Shown one piece after another: positions 26,701 to 40,800 of a stretch of DNA of 64,000 nt; within the stretch, counting starts at the first letter, position 1; the number at the start of each line of letters is the position of its first letter. A program made the position numbers and the translations under genes. The stretch lies in contig MU057378.1 in the NCBI GenBank assembly GCA_013265495.1, positions 62,001 to 126,000 of the forward strand, read 5' to 3'. Source of the stretch: Vicugna vicugna. Taxonomy: Eukaryota. The notes below the pieces were generated by a model that saw only the letters and a program-made list of their open reading frames with translations, had not been told where the DNA came from and made no database searches.

Positions 26701-27289
26701 AATTTAACCAGCCTTTCCTGAGTACACACCCGTAAAAAGGTACCAGACCAGGGCCTTAGATTTTCAAAGATAAGCCAAGCTTGACCCTACCTGTAAAGCC
26801 TCCAATATGGCCCCATGTTTTGTTCATCCCATCATTGGAGCAATTCCAACCTGTTGACACCTGGCACAAATATCACTTCAGATACTAGGTTCTGGGATTC
26901 ATATAATCCACTCCTCAGCCTCCAGCACACCCATGTGCATCAAATTCCAATCCCTGAACTCATCCTTTTCTTTCCTCTCATCATCCAGTGACACCACAGG
27001 AGCAGCCAGCCCATCTCATGAGACCCACTGATTTGCCAAAAACATTTGAAATATACATACACAATCACCTAGATCCTTGATTCCTAGAAATGGTTGGTTA
27101 AGAGCATCCAGTGGTGACATTTTTCATATGTCTACTGCCAGATCAAGGCTCAGACTGTCAGTGATCTCTTAACTACCAGAAATCATCATTAACATCTTTA
27201 AAACTAATCAGATTAGAGTCAATTTTCAGAACCAATTCAGAAAACTCATCCTTAAAAGTCTGTTCCTCTAGAAATACTCTTGGTACCAA

Positions 27290-27826
<537 letters not shown>

Positions 27827-28587
27827 AAAAATTTTAGGTTAATCCAAGTTAGAATTCACCAGTTTCTGCCATCTCTGTGTTCTCTTCTCCAAAGACCAGC
27901 ACAGCAGGAAGTCCCCAAATGTTAATATTACTAAAATAACTTCAGGTTGAATTAAAATCAGGTCAAGCAATAATTCTGAACACCAGATGTGCAGTATGTG
28001 GGTTCAGGAGCCAACACTTCTTCTGTGCTGATAAAATTCTACAACAATAACAAACATGGTGGCATTTTCCCTTGAACCTGAGATTTTACACCATCTCTGC
28101 TCAACTATATATAACATGGCATCAAGAGGTGCATCTCTCAGGGACACTGTGCTGCCCAGTTTCACTGCAAATGAGTCTTTGCTTTGCCTTTTCTGATGGC
28201 TGATTCTCTTCCTCACCATTCTAGAAGCTCTTTGAGTACCTTACTCAGTTTTAATCACCTTTAAATTCGCAATATCCTAACCAGAGCCTGGCACACACTA
28301 AATGCAAAATTAAACCATTTCACAGCTCTTATGTATATAAAACGTATGTGCATAAATATACACACATGTATACATATATATATAATTAAAACAGTTTTTT
28401 ACCTGTGGCACGTACCATCTGCCTTATGCATTATGGACATGCCCTTATACATGGTGTTAGATTACAGACTGCCTTGTCATTGGCTTCCCAATTATCGTTA
28501 AGGATTTCCTGTCTCTCACATGAGTAAGTTCTTCAAATGTCAAGGATCACGACTTCCTCTTTTTGAATCATGTTTATGAGCTAAAAC

Positions 28588-28690
28588 GATATGAAAATGA
28601 ATCTATGCATGTATACGCATGACTGGGACATGATGCTGTACACCAGAAATTGACACATTGTAACTGACTACATGTCAATAAAAAATTAAA
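28588..28690 (+). mobile_element. Short L1 3' end
   Basis: gcatgactgggacatgatgctgtacaccagaaattgacac, with flanking atgagctaaaacg repeat. Confidence 0.8.
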
Positions 28691-29233
28691 CACATGAGCT
28701 AAAACGGAAACTGCTCAATAAAAGCTGATGAGTCATACACCTTTGTATTCCCGCTTGAATAAATGAAAGACAAAATTGACTGCCAAGCCCTCCGATATAC
28801 TCAGTGTCTGGTTTCCCTAAGGAAGGGGCGGGAGGGGCATCTCCTGACTAGCAATAAAGTTACTCCGCATCAAAAAGCCGAAACACTCATCTGGTCTCTT
28901 CTTTATTTTACATTTTAGATCAACATAAACAACAGTGTTCTTGGAAATGGTATTCTTTAAAGCACTGCTCACTCACAGCAACTCTCAGTTATTCAGAAAC
29001 TAATTATTCAGGGGGTGTAATCCCCCCTGAGGGGGATCAAATGCAAGGGCACTAGAGAGATGCCACCTTTGTAGCCTTCTTGAAAAAATTATTTGAAGAC
29101 AAACAGAGAGAAGAAGTATAATTAACAACTCAAGAACAGGAAAGTGGGCATCAGAGGAGAGGCAGTGGATGTGGAGAACAGATAAAATGAGATATCTAAG
29201 TAGCTGTAAATCTGGTTATAAAACTAGAGACAC

Positions 29234-29400
29234 GGGGAGGGTACAGCTCACTGATAAAGTGTATGCTTAGCATGCACGAGGTCCTGGCTTCAATCCCCAG
29301 TGCCTCTGTCAAAATAAATAAATAAATATAAATAAGTAAACCTAATTACCTTCACCTCCAAAAAAAGGTAATAAAGTTAAAGATGTTAAAATATATATTT
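29234..29400 (+). mobile_element. tRNA-derived SINE
   Basis: ggggagggtacagctcac...gaggtcctggcttcaatcccc plus aaataaata tail; aaactagag on both sides. Confidence 0.85.
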
Positions 29401-30216
29401 TTTTAAACTAGAGGCAAATGTCAAAATGAGAAGTTTTCTTGGTGAAAAAGTCTTAATAATAAGATAGATCTGAACGGATTTTATTAACCAACGCTGGGTA
29501 ATGAGGAAAAAAATGGAAATCCTCTTAAATAAAGACTGTTTACCATTTTATTGTTCATTTTGACAGTTATGGAACATGTTCATGGCACTTTAGAAAAAAA
29601 AAAACTTAAAATAATCATATATAAGATGAAAAGCAAGATACACAGTTTCCAAAACACTGAGGAAGATTAAAGTAAAGAAACAGTTTATTTATTCACTTAT
29701 TAGATATCTTTGGAGTGCTCAGGCTTGCTGGCTCCACTCTGGTTTGAGGGTTTACAGTGTAGGGCTTTGCAGTCAAGAGACCAAGTGGTAGGTGATGTCT
29801 CTCAAATTGGGTCTAAAAATGAGTCAGAAAAAATATGGACAGGAGCTTTGGCAGAGCCCAGAGGAAAGGTGACTAGGATCTGGCTGTGAAAATGGGGGGA
29901 AAAAAAAGAGGCAGATATTTTTAAATGTTACCCAAGAATAGATGCTTGCTCTCTGCACCTTCTGCATTTAGATTCATAGAGTTGTGAAAAGGTCACAGGA
30001 CTGGTACCCAATAGCAGCAAGGCTGTATCTCCATTTTTCTGTTTCCATTCTAAGTTTAAGGAAAGGAATCAGTGAATATAAGATCAGGAACATTTTTGCA
30101 TTCCATCAGACTCACAGGGATGATATTTCTATTTTTTTTCCCAAACTGGGTTCCTTTATTTTAATGGTCTTGACAGACTGGAGTGTCCTTTATATGTAGG
30201 CACAAGTAGGCACACG

Positions 30217-30470
30217 GGTGGGAAGGGATAAGTTTGGAAGTTTGAGATTTGCAAAAGTTGACCACTATGTATAAAAATAGATTAAAAAACAAGTTTCTTC
30301 TGTATAGCACAGGGACCGATATTCAATATCTTGTAACAACTTTTAATGAAAAAGAATATGAAAACGAATCTATGTATGTGTATGCATGACTGGGACATTG
30401 TGCCGTACACCAGAAACTGACACATTGTAACACACTGTAACTGACTACACATCAATTTGAAAAAAAAAAA
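30217..30470 (+). mobile_element. L1 3'UTR fragment
   Basis: gggtgggaagggataagtttgg...polyA, with flanking aagtagg repeat. Confidence 0.88.
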
Positions 30471-33072
30471 GTAGGTACCCTTGATCCTCTTCGGCTCCAT
30501 TCAGCCTTTGTTTTCCAACACAGATGCCAAACTGAAACGGTTTTTATAGACATTAATTATTTCTGCACCTATCAAAGGTTACAGGATGCCTTGGAAGGGA
30601 TAGTTTACGGACATACTATTTGTCTCCAAGGTAATTTTTTTTAGCTTCAGCAAAATGTCCAGGCAATCTGCACTGTATTCTAATAAGCCATCTAGGACAC
30701 TTGTCAAGTCCTTTTCTTTCTGAGACATAAGTTTTAAAGGTAAATATTTGACCCCATTTACATACAGCACCCCAATTTTTTAAATATTTCAGCTCTTTTT
30801 TTCTTTTTGTCCCAATCTGCCCTCGCGCCCAACAATATGAAGAATCTGCACAACAGGTGGCTTACTGATGTGCCCTGGAATTTTAAATGCCTGCTCTGGT
30901 TCTCCAGAAAGAAACGATGAGCTGTCTTTCTGAAAGACAACAGGCCACATAAAAGAAACTAATGAAAAGAACACGATGGTGCCCCAGAGGTGCCTACTAC
31001 ATAGCGAATTCTGTTATAAATACAATCTGATCATTTTTTGTTTCTTTCAGACGCATCCGCCAAGCTTGTCTCTCATTTTGCTGCAGGAAATTCTTTACTG
31101 ACAATGAATTGGAGAAGTGATTCTTTTCCCCAAATGATGGCTTTGTGCTTCTGGAAAGATGACTTTCAACATGCAAATTGGATGCATCAGAAATCATTCT
31201 GATGCAAGACCAGAGCTTCACAACTCTTTACAATTTCAACATGAGTCTGTTGCCCAAAGGAAAACATCAAACACAACAAAGCTGGAGAAAGAGAGCAAGT
31301 GCTCTAAGCAGCTTAGAAATTCCTCCCTGCCCAATGAACTATTTTTATTAAAGACATTTTTTTTTCCAATTTTGAATAGATGTTTCTAAAAATGGATGAA
31401 AGCTGAGAAGGCAAGAGGAAAGAAGTTGACACACTTGTAACCACTGTGGTATCCAGACTCAGACAACAGAATGGAAACAATGAAATAGGAAAGATACTGC
31501 TGACAGAATCATGATAGCAAGTAATTACACGTTGTTTACTGTGTAGCAACTCATTTTCACAAGAGGAAGTCTCATTTCCATTTTACAGATGAAGAAATTG
31601 AGCCACAAAAAAAAGATTGAATAAGTTGCCCAAGTAAGGGAGTCAGGATTTAAACGCAGGCAGCTCTGACTCCAGATTCCAGGGTCTATCTGTCACCATG
31701 CAACTCTGCCTAAAACAGCCAGCTTAGGGTCACTAAAGATGTCCCGTGGGTCTGAAAGAAATCACTGGACTGTTTTCTCCAGACAACAAGAGGGAGGAGA
31801 GACTACATCCTTCCTCACCTTTCAGATGTCTTCACAGTTTCTTACAGGAGTGAAAGAAATGTTTCCCAGGGTAACTGGTGCCAAGGAAGTGATTAGAAAC
31901 AGCAACACTGACTACAGCTCCACAAATCATCTTCCAGCACAGCAGTGGTCTGTTTCAACCATCCCTCCTACCATGTTAATAGACCAAGCTGTTGAGATAC
32001 ATTCCTTGCAAGCTTTTACTGCAAAATTAGGTTTACAGACAATGTGTCTGGGGGAGAAAAACCAACAGAGAACATCCCTGTGTTTTGGTGGTAAATGTAT
32101 TTTATTATGATACGTTAGTGGGTAGAGAGCTCTCCAAACTGGAAAGCCCACCAAAAGTGTGGGTCCTTGCCTGCCTTTTGAGGAAGAATTCTCAGCAGAG
32201 GCAGAGGCGGAGGGGCAAAGTGAAAGGCACAATGCTTTACTGTTCGAAAGAGGAAAAAGGAAGAAAGGTGCTTGACTGGGGAGCAGTCAGCCAAGAGAGT
32301 CAGTCAACACAGCTCCGGTCCCTGATCGGGCCATGTGGGTTTCTGCCATCATGTCCTCCTTCTCTATCATCTTTATCACCAGCTGCTTAAACCTGCTCTT
32401 TTATGACTCAGGGAGGCCTGGGAGACTTCTGAGCCCAGCATCACACTAGACTTATTACTCGTAAGGTAATCTCGTTCTCACAAAGATAGCTTGCCTGTTG
32501 TTCTCAGCTTGCATTCAGGGAGAGACACACAGGTAGCCATCACCTTTCCCAAGCTCATGAGGTGGTAAGTATCAAACTGAAGTCCAGCCCGTGGTCCTCT
32601 GACAGCATCGCCCAAGTTCTTTCCACCCCAGGACCTGCCTCCCTTTACCCCTCCCTGGACACAGAAACCAGCTGGCAGTTCCCTTCCTGGGGCCCAGGTG
32701 AGATGGAGGCTACAAAGATGCTGGCAGGCGGAGGCGGTCTGGGTACCAGCATTAAGCAGTGTGGCACCAGGGCTGCACCGCTCTGCTCCACGCTGTTTGT
32801 GCCCAAGGAAAGTGTGAGGTTTTGTATTGGCGGTAATTGGATTACTGTTCAGAGGTATTCAGCCTCTTCCCCTACTTCTGGGGAGGCGGAGGAGGCTGTT
32901 CAGCTTAACTAATGTTCAGTTTGGTCGTGTGACTCCCTTTGGTCAACTTCCATTGTTAGCAGACTTGATATTAGTGGATTTGACACAATTGGAGATTTTG
33001 GGTGTGCTCACATGGTTGGGTTCAATCTGTGTGGCTTCCATCATCACCCTGGGAAGAATATAGTCCTGCCTG

Positions 33073-33370
33073 GAGATGAGAGACACGTGGACTCCCTAAT
33101 GTGTAGCCAGGATCAAGATTGAACCATGTTATTTTGAGCTACTGAGATTTGGGGGTGGTTTTTATGCAGTAACAGCTGAGTGACTCACCATTTTAGACCA
33201 AGAGTCTAACTCACTGAGATCTACCCCCAAAACTTGCCTTTAACTCCAGCCATTTTATGAAACCAGATTTCCCATTGTAGGCTGATGGTCTAAGGTTCTG
33301 GGCCACTTTTCTTACATACTAACCTTGCCATAGAGGTTATTTAAAATAAAGATTAAATTGGATAGTTAGA

Positions 33371-33420
<50 letters not shown>

Positions 33421-34234
33421 CAATAATAAAGCTGGAGGCGAGGTGGTAGTGAGCTTTGTGTATATGCTTATGTGTGTATTTGTGTATAATGTGTGTGTGG
33501 TTTTAACAAAAACTGCAGCATCTACACAAAGTCTACCTTGTTTTTGTGAATAACACACTTCACTTGACCATTTTAGGAACCACACTTGTTGACACTGAAT
33601 ATACTGATGATATTTCTGGGAAGAAATGTTTAATTGACATAAAGCTTAAAAAAACACATTGAAAATGATAACAGCTAGTGAATAGAGATGAGAGACATGT
33701 GGACTCCCTAATGTGTAGCCAGGATCAAGAGTGAACCATGTTATTTTGAGCTACTGAGATTTGGGGGTGGTTTTTACGCAGTAACAGCTGAGTGACTCAC
33801 CATTTTAGACCAAGAGTCTCACTCACTGAGATTTACCCCCAAAACTTGCCTTTAACTCCAGCCATTTTATGAAACCAGATTTCCCATTGTAGGCTGATGG
33901 TCTAAGGCTCTGGGCCACTTTTCTCACATGCTAACCTTGCCATAGAGGTTATTTAAAATAAAGATTAAATTAGATAGAGAGACAGACAGACACAATAATA
34001 AAGTTGGAGGTGAGGTGGTAGTGAGCTTTGTGTATATGCTTATGTGTGTGTGGTTTTAACAAAAACTGCAGCACCTACACAAAATCTACCTTGTTTTTGT
34101 GAATAACACACTTCACTTGACCATTTTAGGAACCACACTTGTCGACACTAAATACTGATGATATTTCTGGGAAGAAATGTTTAATTGACATAAAGCTTAA
34201 AAAAACACATTGAAAATGATAACAGCTAGTGAAT
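33073..34234. repeat. Tandem duplication, ~612 bp unit (33073-33684 and 33685-34234)
   Basis: Direct alignment. Scattered substitutions; the second copy has a shorter GATA/GACA tract and a small deletion. Confidence 0.95.
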
Positions 34235-35419
34235 TCTTATTCCTTGCATCTACAGAACACCTTCCCATCAGAGAGCTTGGGTGGTTTTTTAATTCCCTCT
34301 TGGCCCTTGGATGGACTTTAAAATAAAAAGTCATTTACGAGTCAATACATGATGTAGGAATATCCAGGGAACCTGTGGGACAATTACTTTCCTGTTTTGC
34401 CTCTTTTATGATTCTTTGCCAATCTGATGTTATTTCTCCAAAAAAGCTAGAGAAAAATCTACTTCCTTCACATAACGGTAAACAGGCTGAACCTCACAGT
34501 GTGTTTATTTTTCCTTTTACTGCAGTTCCACCAGACTCATCTATGTCTTCAATCCATGTTACAAATTTTAAAATTGATGACTAAGGGCTGTCATTACTCA
34601 GTCTCCCCTCCCTCTCCCTTTCGGATGGAGAACTTACTAAAGTGTCAACTACAGGGAATTTTCATGGTTGGAGAACATTCTTGTGATGAAGAAGAATATT
34701 TTAAAATCGTTTAGGAAAAATCTATTCCAATCACGGCTGTGTTTGTTCTCAGATATGCAAATATTGCGTCTTGTCATATTTGTGGGATGAACAGGTGAAA
34801 CAAAGGAAGCAAAAACTTGATGAAGGTAATGCTGGCCTGGCCCTCTTCTCAGCCAGGTGCCAGCTGGTACCCACTGAACAGTGACCCGTCTCCTTCATTC
34901 GTTGTTTCTTGCCACCCACCCTTCTGTAATCGCCAATGTTTCACTCCAGGCTTTCAGCTGGGCCAGACAACATCTGTCAGTGTTTTACACTGTGCACAGG
35001 CAGCACAAAAAAATATTAGTCTGATTTTTACAGAGCTAACACCATAGCAGTTACAGGGGTAACTGCATATCATTTATGCTACAGCAAATTTATGTTTTTC
35101 TAAAACTATGGGTTTAAACTACAGGGCAAAGAAGTCCTCAAAACATTCCTTTCTTATTCTTTACTTTTATCTCACACAGAGCAATAGTAATCCTATTTAA
35201 AGTACAATGACCAGTTCATCATGAAAGCATTGTTTAAAGACTTAAAAGATTTTTTGAATTAATTTATTTTTAACACCTTTTTTGTGGTATGACTCCTGTA
35301 CAGTACACTACATATATCTCAGATGTACAACTGGATGGATTTTGATAGATGTCTACACCCGTGAAACCACCACCACAGTCAAGACAGCTCACATTTCCAT
35401 CACTTCCCAAGAGGTGCAA

Positions 35420-36088
35420 ATTTTGAATTTCCAACTTACCCTTACCCATCCCCATCACCCACTGGAAACCATAAATTTGTTCTCTATGCTGCAGGTCAGT
35501 TTCTGTTTTGTAGATGAGTTCATTTGTGTCTTTTTTTAGATTCCACGTATAAGTGATATGGTGATTTCTCTTTCTGGCTGACATCACTTAGAATGATGAT
35601 CTCCAGTTCCATCCATACTGCTGCAAATGGCATTATTTTATTCTTTTTTGTGGCTGAGTAGTATTTCTGTGTGTGTGTGTGTGTGTGTGTGTACACCACA
35701 CCTTCTTTATCCAGTCACCAGTCAATGGACATTTGGGTTGTTTCCATGTCTTGGCTATTGTAAATAGTGCTGTGAACATTGGGGTCCATGTGTCTTTTTT
35801 AATTATATTTTCCTCCAGATATATGCTCAGGAGTGTGATTGCTGGAGTATATGATAAGTCTATTTTTAGTTTTTCCCTCCATAGTGGCTGTGCCAGTTTA
35901 TATTCCCACCAGCAGTGTAGGAGGGTTCCCTTTTCTCCACACCTTCTCCAGCATTTATCATTTGTAGACTTTTTAATGTTGGCATTCTGATCAGTATGAG
36001 GTGATACCTCACTGTAGTTTTGATTTGCATCACTCTAACAATTAGTGATGTTGAGCATCTTTTTGTGTGCTTGTTGGCCATCTGGATG
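35420..36088 (-). mobile_element. L1 3' portion
   Basis: Minus [31 protein letters not shown] is L1 ORF2, followed by 3'UTR motifs. Confidence 0.9.
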
Positions 36089-36444
36089 TTAAAGGCTTAA
36101 GATTTTTAAAGGTTTGTTTAAAAGTTTCTTTACAATATTTCTTTTAAAAAAATAGATGCTCTTTCTAAGAAGACAGTGTGTCACTATGATGAAATGTAAA
36201 GGATATTTGCTTCAAGGTCAAAAGACTTCAGCTGCTATCCCTGGTCAGCTCAAAGTTTTGATTTGGGGTAAGGCACTACCTTTTCTAAATGTCAGTTTCC
36301 TCTTTTATAATATAAAAGTAATATTACTATGTCATCAAAATAAAGTTGTAGGGAGTATGAAATGATAGAATGCCCAGGATTCATCTAATTTATGTTCAAA
36401 TGGCATCAGAAGTTTTTAAACCTCAGTTTAAAAATAAAGAATGA

Positions 36445-36570
36445 GGTGGGAAGGTATAGCTCAGTGGTAGAGGGCATGCTTAGCATGCACAAGGTCCTGG
36501 GTTCCATCCCCAGTACCTCCATAAATAAATAAACAAACAAATAAACATAATTACCCCCTCCTCCCAAAAT
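36445..36570 (+). mobile_element. tRNA-derived SINE with TSD
   Basis: SINE head, with TSD taaaaataaagaatga on both sides. Confidence 0.9.
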
Positions 36571-36721
36571 AAAAATAAAGAATGAAAAAAGATAATGATT
36601 AACTTAAAATTAGCGACACTCAGTGCTCAGATATACCATCCCATTTTAAGGACAGTTTAATAAAAGTACTGAGGCTCCTTATAGAATTTTGGAGTTCATC
36701 ATTTGAGAAATCCTTACAGGG

Positions 36722-37205
36722 GTGTGGTAAGCTGAGAAATGACCCCCTCCTCAAAAAAATAAAAAAAGATATCCATGTTCTAATTTTTGCAACTTATGAA
36801 TGTTACCTTATATGAACCAAAATTGGTCTTTGTAGATCTGATTAAGCTGAAGATCTCATGATGGGGAGATTACCCTGGATCACCAGGATGGGCCTTGAAT
36901 GCAGCCACAAGCACCCCTACTAGGGGGAGGCAGAGGAAGATCACCCATGGGAAGGAGGCAGTGTGATGCAGGGACAGCTGGAACTAACTCAGCCCCAAGC
37001 CAAGGGGTGCTGGCAGCCACCAGGAGCTGGGAGAGGCCAGAAAAAGGAAGTCCTCCCTCGGGACCCCCAAGGGAGCACAGCTCTGCTGACACCTTAGTCT
37101 TGGTGGGTGAAACTGACTCCAGACTGAGAAGAGAATACGTTTCTGTTGTTTTCAGCCCCTCCGTTTGTGGTGATTTGCTGTAGTGGACTCAGGAAACGCA
37201 CACAG
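36722..37205 (+). mobile_element. MLT1C/D-like MaLR LTR
   Basis: tgtggtaagctga...tgaatgttacctta...ggagattaccctggat...gtttgtggtgatttgct...ggaaacgcacaca. Confidence 0.75.
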
Positions 37206-37657
37206 ATGCTCGAGCCCTGCAACTACTACAGCTCTTTGTATAGAAGGCAGGCCAGATCTGCTTAATACAAAATGTCGCTTCTTAATCAGTAAGTTATGTA
37301 AAGCGACAGGCAGAGAGCAGGTGCACGTTAAGTGTAAGTCTTTGCTCTTAAATTCTGTGAAAAGGTGGCAGAACAAGGTTCTGTCAAATGGCTACTTTGT
37401 ACTGAGGGTTCAGCAGAGTCCAACTTCTGTTTTACATGTTTCATTGGCATTAACTTGATGTCACCTTCATAATAATGCTCTCATCCCATTTTTCCAATAA
37501 AGACATCCAGTCTCAGAGAGGTTATGTAACTTGCCCCGGCCACACAGTAATTCACAAATCCGGAACTCTCATCCAGAGGCCACTTTTTATCCCTCATACA
37601 ACACAGGGTCCCAGTGTAACAAAGCAAGACACAAAGGCAATTCTCAAGGGAGTTGCA

Positions 37658-37718
37658 GGCACCACGCATAAAGATAGAAACTATGTGGCACCACGCATCA
37701 AGATAGAAACTATGTGGC
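37658..37718. repeat. 29-bp tandem repeat x2
   Basis: ggcaccacgcat(a/c)aagatagaaactatgt twice, then ggc. Confidence 0.95.
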
Positions 37719-39479
37719 TATTTTATCGACTTATGTATTATGTAATACCCGCTGGTTTCTGCCCAGAAAAGATCACGTGTACTCAGGCTCCTCTTAGGCG
37801 CTCATTCAGCACAGAGCTACGTGCATAACGGTGCAGCCCCACCTCTCCCAGGGAGTCCAGACGCAGAGACATGGGATCTGTCCAGAGCCCCATATTTTAC
37901 AGCCTTAACCAAAGTGGCCTGAAGCTCGTCCCTTGTCAGTGTAGTTGACAGTGTCTTTCACTCATCCAATCAACAGATGGTTATGGAGCGCTGATTACAT
38001 GAAGAGTGAGGTCACGGAGCTCCTGCAGGTGGTGCAAAGGTGAACAATACACACCTCCTGCCCTGAAGGAATTGACAGTGTGGCAAGCCACGCGGGCTGC
38101 AATTCTGTGCTCACAAAGAACCTAATGACCGTGTGTCTAAAATCCACTGGGCTCTCCCTGCTTACCGGAGACCACGGTGAGATCAGTTTTACTTGGTGCC
38201 ATTTGAAATACTTTTATTTGTAAGCCTTGCTGGAGGTCTCATTTCCATCATAAACAGAGTTTTCCCTTGGAATACTTAGAACGGTATTTTAAGGACAGCC
38301 GCTCTTAGGTACGCTGGTCCTGTGGTGCATTGTGCCTACAGGCGCTGAGCTGTGAAAGTGACCAGGCGAAATCGCGAATGCGCGTCCTCCTGTTCACAAA
38401 CCAGTTCAGATCCTGTGTTCCTCCTGGAAGAGCTGGGACATGAGTAGCATCTAAAGCAGAGTCCTCTCCTGCACTGCCTGGGAGTCTTCAGATCTTGAGA
38501 TAATAAAGAGAAGCTTCTTGTACTGTTCCCATGTAAAAGAGAGAGGGCTGACATCTCAACTTTTTTTTCATGACAGTCTGATTCCTCTTTCTCAGAGCCA
38601 TGTCAGAAAACCTTGACCTGTTTTTCTGAAACAGGTTGCATCCGTTAAGATCTTGTTTTACTTAAAATGTGGAAACAGTCCATCCTAAGCCTGGAGGGAA
38701 GGAAAATGCACTTGACCTCCAGAGGTCATCTTTTACCCAAATTTAGAAACTTTACTCCCCACGTTCCAAAATATTCTTAAGAGAAACTAAGACAATGATT
38801 GCGTGCAATTTTTATGTAATTGGAGAATCTCATCTCTGAAGTGTGATTCCAATTTTCAAGATATTAAAGCGTATCAATTAACGAACACCAGCACAAACAT
38901 TTTCTTCTCTCGAATTCTGCGTGCTCACGCAGAGGGATTTTTAACTGAGAGACTTTTTGTGACCTTGCGTCCTGAACAAGTCTAGCAGCAGCAGCCTTTC
39001 TTGATGGACAGCCATGAGTTTCTCTTATTTAAGGTCAAGGATTCACAGCTGTCTGTTACATGCCGTGAAAAGATGTATCAATATGTGGGAAACGAATAAT
39101 GTACAGTTTGGCACCTGCCCACAAAAAATAACTGTGAACACTGCGTTATATGAGGACACTGTGCTCAATGCCTTCAATGTGAAGCCTTTTTCCAAACTCC
39201 TACTATGTTCCAGGTAATGTTTTATGTGCTTTAAATGTATTGTTTCCAACTCCCCGACGTTACTGAGAGATACTATGGTCCCCGGTTTATAGATGGGATT
39301 CTGAGACGTCCCGGGATCAGTATGTTGCAAGGTTTAAACTCCGTCCTGTGACTCCAGCGCTCCCGCTGTCTCCCCAGGTGGTGAGCGGCACCAGGCAGAA
39401 GTGCCACAAGAACCCATCTGGGAGTTTCTCCCGAGCCCATCAGGGGAAGTCCTGCGAATCCGAATGAAACTTACCGAGT

Positions 39480-39972
39480 GTGGATGGAAGGAAAACGTTT
39501 CCTTTGTCTCACATAAGGTCACTGACTGGTTCTGAAAATTAAACTAACGGAGACAGACTCCTGGGAGGAAGACAGACAGATGTATGGAATATAAGTTTTA
39601 CATGATAAGGAAATTACATAAGAAAATGAAGACCTGAAGAAACAGACCTGAATGTTTTTATGCTGGATTTGAGGGGCTCGGTCATGGGAGAATGTGACAG
39701 GTTAAGGAGTGGGAGGTAATATAGTGGGGAAGGGGGAACTTGGCAAGGCTTGTTTGTAAGGATTCTTCTGGGTGTCCCTTTGTCTTCAGGGACAAAGATG
39801 CTCCCTCCCCCCAGGTACAGGGAGGGCACCTCTCACAGAAGGGCTGTCTGACCAGGAGAGAAGGGCAGAGTGACCTTCCTGCTTCTACTGTTTTCTCAGC
39901 CTCCTGTAGCTTAAAATATTCCATATGCCGAGATGCCATATTTGAGGGGAAGCATGCCCGAACCCCACCACA
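39480..39972. mobile_element. Probable ERV1-class solo LTR
   Basis: gaaaattaaactaac...gcttgtttgtaaggattcttct...cttaaaatattccatatgcc...tttgagggg...ccccacca resembles MER-type LTRs. Confidence 0.5.
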
Positions 39973-40711
39973 TGGAAGGGAAATCAGTGGAAGTATACTG
40001 ATTGCAGAGATACAATTGATTAAAAAAAAATAATAAAAAAAAAGGAGGTCGACCAGATGCTGTGTATACTTAGGCAATGAAAGACATTTGTGAAAGTCAG
40101 TGTAGTCCATTGGCCAGAACTCTCCAAAACCAACTGGAAAATTCATGCATCCATCCACGCATGCCCACTCATACATCCACCCATGCACGTGCCTGTATCA
40201 CACACGTATATTTACAACCCATCCTTCCCATCCTTGATCGCTAGTCATAGAGATGGAAGGAAACACATGAAATGGACCACAGTTAGGTCTCCCCACCCCC
40301 ACCCGCACACCCACACCCAGGCTGGGTATCTTGGCAGAATCCCTTGGGCCCTCGAACACAGAGGTACAGAAGTCCTGAGCTCCTAGATCGCCGCAAAGAT
40401 CTACCCTAGAAATGGCACTGGCATTTTTCAGGACCAGTGGGGGTGCCCCTGGTGACTCTTCTCATTGGAATGACATGGAAAAGTGTTCAGTCTCAGGTCC
40501 ATCCATGCACTCTCTTGACCTTCTGTCTCATCTCCAAGTGAGATTGTTAATGCCTGGGGACGAACATGAGCCTTCACTGAGGTGCTGAGGTGCTAAGGTA
40601 CGTAAACGTGACAAGCCCCCTGTCTCGGCCAGGAGGGACGCGCAATAAATTAAAACGAAGTACCTGCAAGGACACTGCAGTTCTTCCAAGTGATCCTCAG
40701 AATTTCTGGAG

Positions 40712-40800
40712 GTTTTTGGGTTTTTTTTTTTTCAGTGGAGGTGCTGAAGGTTGAACCCAGGACCTCCTGCATGCTAAGCATGCGCTCTGCCCTGAGCTAT
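40712..40800 (-). mobile_element. tRNA-derived SINE, 5'-clipped
   Basis: ttgaacccaggacctcctgcatgctaagcatgcgctct...gagctat, with TSD agaatttctg. Confidence 0.85.

Noticed and set aside
29020..29037. Inverted repeat atccccc-ctga-gggggat (AP-2/EBF-like)
   Set aside because: 7-bp low-complexity arms are expected by chance in 64 kb.
37658..37718. 29-bp direct repeats as CRISPR-like
   Set aside because: Two adjacent copies with no spacer, in eukaryotic DNA with no cas genes.
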